Under the pieces are notes generated by a model. That model was not told the origin of the DNA. It saw nothing but the letters and a program-made list of their open reading frames with translations, and did not search any database. Of a stretch of DNA of 64,000 nt, positions 58,816 through 64,000 are shown in pieces; position 1 is the first letter of the stretch; the number at the start of each line of letters is the position of its first letter. Position numbers and translations under genes: made by a program. Source of the stretch: Dehalococcoidia bacterium (GTDB lineage Bacteria > Chloroflexota > Dehalococcoidia > Plut-88900); assembly GCA_965207225.1 (NCBI GenBank), contig CBDBLV010000002.1, positions 378,095-442,094 of the forward strand, given 5' to 3'.

Positions 58816-59964
58816 CTATGCGGTCGCCGCCCCCGGCTGCCTGAGCAGGGTGGAGTAGCTCGGGGCCACCACGTGGTCCACCGACACCTTCCCGGCGCCG
58901 TCGTACCCGGTGCGGAAGGCGTACTCCACCTCCGCGCCCCAGGGCACGCGGCCGCCGACACGCACCGCGCCGCCCCTGGCAGTGCCGTCGCGTCCGCGAG
59001 CGCCGTGCACCACCATCCCGCTGCGCTCACCCTTCTTCCAGCCGAGTACCTTCAAGGCCACGGGCATCACCCGCTCCTCTCCCTGGGTCCGCTTGAACAG
59101 CGCCCCGTGCAGCTTTCTCAGCACCACGGCTGACGGGGTGCTTCTGCCGTTCATGATCTGGGAGAGGTGGCCGGAGCTGATGCCCGCCCTACGCGCCACC
59201 TCGTTCTGGCTGACGCCCAGTTCGTCCATCTGCTGCCAGACGAACTGCCGGTCGATGTCGGGACACTGGGCGGAGGCCACCTTCGCCTGCCCCCCAAGCA
59301 CAGCCTCGACCCGCGCCTGGAGCTTGACTCCCATATGCCTGTGACCTCTGGCCACCATGGACAGGTAGCTCGCGGACACCCCGACCTTCTCGGCCAGCTC
59401 TCTCATGGTCATTCCGAGGGCTCGGGCGCGCTCCCGGATAAAGCTGCTGCCCGTCCCATCGACCACCTCTCCCTGTCGGTTGGCGAGCCTGGCGGAGGCG
59501 ACCCTGGCCGCCACCCCAAGTGCCGACTCTATCTGGGCCTGCACCTTGGGTCCCATCTGCCTGCGACCCCTGGCCACCTGGGTCAGGTAGCCGTAGCTCA
59601 CTCCCGACCGGTCGGAGAGTTCCAGCATGGTCATTCCGAGGGTCCGCGCGGTCTCCCGGATGTAGGAACTCTCGGAGGTGACCTCGCCGCCCTGTCGGTA
59701 GACGAAGCCCTGTCCGGGCACCTCGCCGAGGACCGCCATCGCCTTCTCCCGCAGGTTGGGGGTCCAGGGCTTCTTGCCCGTGCCGACCTGGGAGAGGTGG
59801 CTGGCGCTGACTCCCATCAGGGCCGCCAACTCCTTCACTGTCAGCCCTTTTTTCCTGGCCACAGCCCTGAGCTCGCTCTCCGGCCTGCCCCTGCGCTCTT
59901 CGGACGCTGCCGCATTCGTCGTTGTCTTCGTCGAGTTGATCGTCGTGGTGGTTGCCGTCGTCAT
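58816..59964 (-). CDS. Protein with four tandem XRE-type HTH domains and a Gly-rich C-terminal domain
   Basis: Four G(L/M/V)(T/S)..E(L/V)(A/S)...G(V/I)S..(H/Y)L(S/T) units; AAAGGAG RBS before ATG at 59964. Confidence 0.85.
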   Translation of the reverse strand: MTTATTTTINSTKTTTNAAASEERRGRPESELRAVARKKGLTVKELAALMGVSASHLSQVGTGKKPWTPNLREKAMAVLGEVPGQGFVYRQGGEVTSESSYIRETARTLGMTMLELSDRSGVSYGYLTQVARGRRQMGPKVQAQIESALGVAARVASARLANRQGEVVDGTGSSFIRERARALGMTMRELAEKVGVSASYLSMVARGHRHMGVKLQARVEAVLGGQAKVASAQCPDIDRQFVWQQMDELGVSQNEVARRAGISSGHLSQIMNGRSTPSAVVLRKLHGALFKRTQGEERVMPVALKVLGWKKGERSGMVVHGARGRDGTARGGAVRVGGRVPWGAEVEYAFRTGYDGAGKVSVDHVVAPSYSTLLRQPGAATA

Positions 59965-60632
59965 GGCGCTTCTCCTTTGAATGAAGAAGCGGGACGGCCG
60001 CCACCCCCGTGGGGTGGAGACAGTCCCGCTCTGAATTGGCGTCCCGAATGGCCGGGACTGTCTCCGTGGGTTTTGTGTTGTCGTTTGGATTCGCCTGTTG
60101 CCGGCAAAGAGAAGGGCCGCCCCCTCCTTAGTGGAGAGAGCGGCCCTCTGGTCACCGGCTGCTGTGAGCCTTGGACGCGGTGGCCTCCAGGCCAGGACTC
60201 GGGGCGTCAAAGCTGCCGGAGCTGGCTGCGACGCCCTTGCCTACGAATTTACTCAACGTGCATGTGCACCTCCTTTCCGTACCGTTGTTGTCCCGCGCGG
60301 CATCCGGGGCGCGGGTCGTGCGTGACGGGTTCGGTTGACGCAAGACGCACCTCGCCCACGGTCGGATGCCGGACGCGGGGACGAAGTGGATGAGATGGAC
60401 GCAGTTCGCCTAGGGTCACGTCACCGGAGGAGCGACCGAGGGGAGAGAGCTGCGAGACGAGAACCGGCCAGCCCGCTTGCATTGGTAGACCGGCGCGTGT
60501 CGAGGCTGCGTGTCAGCCTAACCGCAGACATGTTGAATCAGTCGAAGTGACAGACCAGTCTGCAACAGGCAGCACGTACTTCGACCGACCGGGTGGGGAC
60601 GAGGGCATAGAAGGCGCACCTATCCCCTGCAT

Positions 60633-60800
60633 CCGACGGACGAGGCGATCAACCCCAGCCGCCAGACCTGTGCCCGACGGATGAGGCGATCAACCCCAGC
60701 CGTCAGACTGGTGCCCGGTGTGTGAAGCGATCAACTCCACTCGCCGGACGGGTGCCCAGCGGGTGAAGGACCAACGTCAAACTTCCACCGCCGGACTGAG
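60633..60800. repeat. 41-bp tandem repeat, three copies plus one degenerate
   Basis: Units start at 60633, 60674, 60715 and 60756; core GA(G/A)GCGATCAAC(C/T)CCA...GAC...GTGC. Confidence 0.85.
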
Positions 60801-61299
60801 CCGAGGACGGAGGGCTTTTTCACTCCGTCGAATCGGCCCGCGCTGGTTACGAAGGACCAACGTCAAACTCCGCATTGCCAGCATTCCCTCTTGGGCAAAG
60901 CCCGTGCAACAGGGATCACGCACCCAGGTTTCTGTGGTCGGAAACCTTGGAGAAAGCCAAACAGTGCAACCATTATTAGCAGACCGTCGCGGCGTTGAGA
61001 AGGCTTTGACGACGCTATGGCCCAAATCGGTTGATTCAGTTCATATCCACTTCAACTAAAGTTCACATTAATCGGTGAGCCGGCCCTGTTCATGGTCGAG
61101 CACGTCACTTCGACCATAGTCGCAGGGTCAGCAAGCGCCGCAACGTGCCCGTAAGCTGCGCCCTCTTCCGCGCCCTCCGCGTGCCGGAGAGCGCGGCGTA
61201 AGCGCCGGGTGGTGTCCCTCCGGCCCCGACCAGGAGATTTTGACCCGGCCCGATCACGACCTACGCCCCAATCTCGTCGTCGCGCTGACTCATCCACCG

Positions 61300-63055
61300 A
61301 CCGGCGTAATGCACCCCCACATCCCCTGCCTTCTTCGCCCCGTTTTCCGCTCCGCCAGCCGATTCCCGGCGACGCGTGCCCCCCACCGTCGAACGGAGTT
61401 TGAGGCAAATGACCTGAACGCACTCTTTCAACAAGCCGTTCGCTGATCACGTCCAGTAGGGGGCCTTTTCCGCCCATTTCAGCTTGCCCACGACCGGTTG
61501 ACGCGCCACCTACAAAACTCCATCTGCTGTACAGCCCCATTGCTTCCAAAGGCAGTCCGTTTTCCGACGACCTCGGAGGGTGCATCACGAGCGATGCACG
61601 CTATGGGTAGTATCCAGCCGTTTTCCGTTGCTCACGCTCTCCTGCGCGTCTAAGCCTCATCACTTGGAAAATCCAAGTTTCACTGGGGGCTCTTCCAAGT
61701 CCGGCCCGTCTCCTTTCAGTTGGAATATCCAAGCCTGGCACCGTGACTTTCCAAGTCACCGCCGGAATGAGCCCTTCCCCCAAAGTGCTTCCCGTTTACG
61801 TCCGGTAGGGGGCTCTTATCCCTGTTCCAGCTACGAAATCACCCCACTTGGATTTTCCAACCCAATGCCATTTCTCTGTACACCCCAGCTACAGCGCGGC
61901 AGGGTTCGGTTCCGTAAGCCCACGCGTGCAGGTGCATCTCCGCACCTGCGAGTGGGAGGTTCCGAATCGCATATCCGTTGTTCACACTCTCTTGCGAGGG
62001 CTTCGGTCCGGCGAACCGTGCCCCGGCGCTGCCGTTGCCCAGCTTCTACACCAGATCGTTCAGGAGGGCCATGAGTCTCATGCGGTACATGTTCTGCCCG
62101 TCCCAGCTCTCCTCAATGTCGCATTCGGTCGTGCTCATCTACTTTTGCCCCTCGCGGGAAATTCGTTACAGATTCGGAGTCCAGCAAGTCCGTGTTTCTA
62201 GTGTTGTCTCGGCTGGCGTAACGCACCCCCGCCTCAAGCCGACTTTTGGGCCGCTTTTGTCATCGGACCGCCGATTTGGGCCGCGTCATGCACCCCCACC
62301 TCAAGCCCCCTCTTGTCATTGCCGACCGGAATCCGCCCTTTCACCAAAGTGTTCACAGTTCACCTCCTGTAGGGGGCGTTTTGCCCCTGATTCAGCTACG
62401 AAATCACAGCTTCGACCACTTCGTCACCAAACTCCATTTCCTGTACACCCCTGCCACTGCAAGAAACCGGCCTCCGATTGGAGACCTTCCGTGGTGCCAC
62501 CATGCGTGAGGTCTTTTTCGGCGTCTCGGTCGTTCACACTCTTTTGCGAACGCTGCGATCAAGCACGTCGGAGCAAACGGGAGAGAGGTGAATGAGTTGG
62601 CGCTGAAAGCAAAGCTCCGGTCGGCAGGACGGCTCATGTCGTTGGGTATTGCGCCCGGTCCTGTCCTGCTTTTAGCCGGACGTCACGCACCCCCACGTCA
62701 AACGGCTTTTTCGGCCCGTTTTCCGATCGGCCGCCGATTGTGGGCCGCGTCCTGCACCCCCACGTCAATCGCGTTTTCTCGATTTCGACCGGACTGCGGC
62801 CTTTCAACGAAGTGTTCACAACTTACGTCCAATAGAGGGGCGATCTACCCCTGTTTCAGCTTTGCCGCGGACTGTTTGACGTGTCACCGGCAAAACTCGA
62901 TCTCCTGTACAGCCCCGATACATCAGGTCGGAGACCGATTTCCAAGATTCCCGCAGGGTGGGAGCCGGAGGCAGGGGCGTCCGGCTCCCACCTCCGTCTC
63001 CCGTCGCCGTAGCTAGTATTCAACCCCTTTTCGGTTGTTCACACTCTTTAGCAAC
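61300..63055. repeat. Four diverged non-coding modules with a conserved motif order
   Basis: GCACCCCC pair, TAG(A)GGGG, CTGTACA(C/G)CCC, hairpin and GT(T/C)G(T/C)TCAC(A/G)CTCT boxes recur in the same order. Confidence 0.8.
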
Positions 63056-63090
63056 TCCCTTGAAGCGCTGAACCGATAGGAGCCGGAACG

Positions 63091-63357
63091 ATGTACTCAC
63101 GGAAGGCCAACGAACGGAAGGATCACCGAAAGCGCCCGGTGCGGGCGGTCGTCCGGCTCGACACGGCGGCGCTCTGGAGGCGGTTGGCCCTGCTGAATCG
63201 CTCCCAGTCCTGGCTCGCCCGAGAGATCGGGATAAGCCCCGGCTACCTCTCCATGCTGATCAACGCGGGGCGAGCCCCCTCCGGCCGCATCCGGGAGCGG
63301 ATGCAGAAGGCCCTTGGAGTGGACGACTTCAGCGACCTTTTCGGGCTGGAGGAATAG
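63091..63357 (+). CDS. XRE-family HTH protein
   Basis: SQSWLAREIGISPGYLSMLINAGRAPS; AGGAG RBS; resembles the fourth HTH of 58816..59964. Confidence 0.88.
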   Translation: MYSRKANERKDHRKRPVRAVVRLDTAALWRRLALLNRSQSWLAREIGISPGYLSMLINAGRAPSGRIRERMQKALGVDDFSDLFGLEE

Positions 63358-63468
63358 CCATGAAGCAACCTGACGTTACGCCCGCTCGTCCCGTGCCGAA
63401 GACGGCCCACTGCCAAACATGACAACGAGAGGCCAGCGGCGCCACACAGGCCGCTGCGACTGTGACCC

Positions 63469-63693
63469 ATGAGAGACAGCATCGAGAAGGGAATACGAAA
63501 GAGACCCGCAGGCCGGAAGCTTGAACGCGCCCTGGAGAGCTCCATGCCGTCCTACACCCCGGAATATCGCAGGGCCGTCCTCAAGGGGTTGCGTATCCTG
63601 GCGAGAGTCGCCATCCGCTCCTACATGGAGGAGAAGGCGGAGGCATCGCTACCGACCGAGGCTGTGGAGGACAACGGCGAGGAGGCGGGCTAG
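63469..63693 (+). CDS. Small hypothetical protein
   Basis: Codirectional with the HTH gene; helical GLRILARVAIRSY segment. Confidence 0.55.
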   Translation: MRDSIEKGIRKRPAGRKLERALESSMPSYTPEYRRAVLKGLRILARVAIRSYMEEKAEASLPTEAVEDNGEEAG

Positions 63694-63762
63694 TTGGACG
63701 AGAGGGTGTGCGGCGAGTGCCGGACGTCCCGATGGGACCAGGAAGACTTGCAGGATTCTAGT

Positions 63763-64000
63763 CTAAGTGCCTTCAACAACGAGGCTCAAATCGACAATGC
63801 TCTTTGTCGTGACCTCAACTATTCCCCAGCCGCTACCCTTCAAGTCGCCCTGAATGGACCGGGCTATCCCCTTAGGACCATCAAACTCGTCGAAGAGGAC
63901 CAACTTGAACTCCATGTCATCCGTAAGATCATGTCCCTTGTTTTTCAAGACAGACCTGATGTCGGAAGGCTGAGTTTCACAATGTCGTTGCAAATTCTCG
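63763..64000 (-). CDS. 3' end of an unidentified gene (partial)
   Basis: Open frame runs to the window edge with protein-like composition. Confidence 0.5.
   Translation of the reverse strand, partial: ENLQRHCETQPSDIRSVLKNKGHDLTDDMEFKLVLFDEFDGPKGIARSIQGDLKGSGWGIVEVTTKSIVDLSLVVEGT

Larger units (their letters stand above)
12267..64000. mobile_element. Integrated defence-rich genomic island at tRNA-Ser (right end not seen)
   Basis: Integrase directly after the tRNA; relaxase-like and excisionase-like genes; only accessory genes up to the window end. Confidence 0.75.

Noticed and set aside
59167-60393. 408-aa plus-strand ORF
   Set aside because: Antisense shadow of the four-HTH gene
60633-60800. 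41-bp repeats as a CRISPR or TIGR-like guide array
   Set aside because: No unique spacers, only scattered substitutions, and no Nop-domain or Cas-like gene adjacent
62223-62770. CACCCCCACGT shared with the CRISPR repeat, suggesting a mini-array or RNA anti-CRISPR
   Set aside because: Only one stem arm matches, the GAACCG handle is missing and spacing is 67 rather than 61 bp; not supportable by eye
60300-63016. ORFs of 60-205 aa in the repeat region
   Set aside because: Pro/Arg/Ser-rich, overlapping on both strands, no motifs; typical of GC-rich non-coding DNA, although very short peptides after GGAG sites cannot be excluded

Overview
GC-rich bacterial window, most likely Chloroflexota/Dehalococcoidia-like (inferred from gene content and protein style, not proven). 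About 1-12.3 kb is core chromosome: the end of a nuo operon (nuoJ'-K-small ORF-L-M-N), a vapBC pair, a formyltransferase, nadK, a NUDIX hydrolase, greA, lysS, serS and tRNA-Ser(TGA). A P4-like tyrosine integrase follows the tRNA and opens a defence-rich integrated element that appears to run past the window end (no attR seen). It carries: a long SIR2 protein; an operon of an Eco57I/TaqI-like N6 methyltransferase, VapC, a HEPN-like protein, a PLD-SNF2 helicase, a patatin and a CD-NTase (minimal CBASS); a Replication-relaxation protein and excisionase-like HTH; a complete type I-E CRISPR-Cas with about 113 repeats and an upstream RNase H-like/DEDD gene; a type I R-M operon interleaved with three toxin-antitoxin pairs; a four-HTH protein; and about 3 kb of non-coding DNA built from repeated modules. 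The best candidates for something undescribed are (i) the methyltransferase whose C-terminus looks like a fused antitoxin tail directly upstream of an orphan VapC, and (ii) four non-coding modules with fixed motif spacing next to the four-HTH gene. Several spacers also translate into recognisable, repeatedly targeted peptides. All family calls are from motif recognition by eye; no searches were run.
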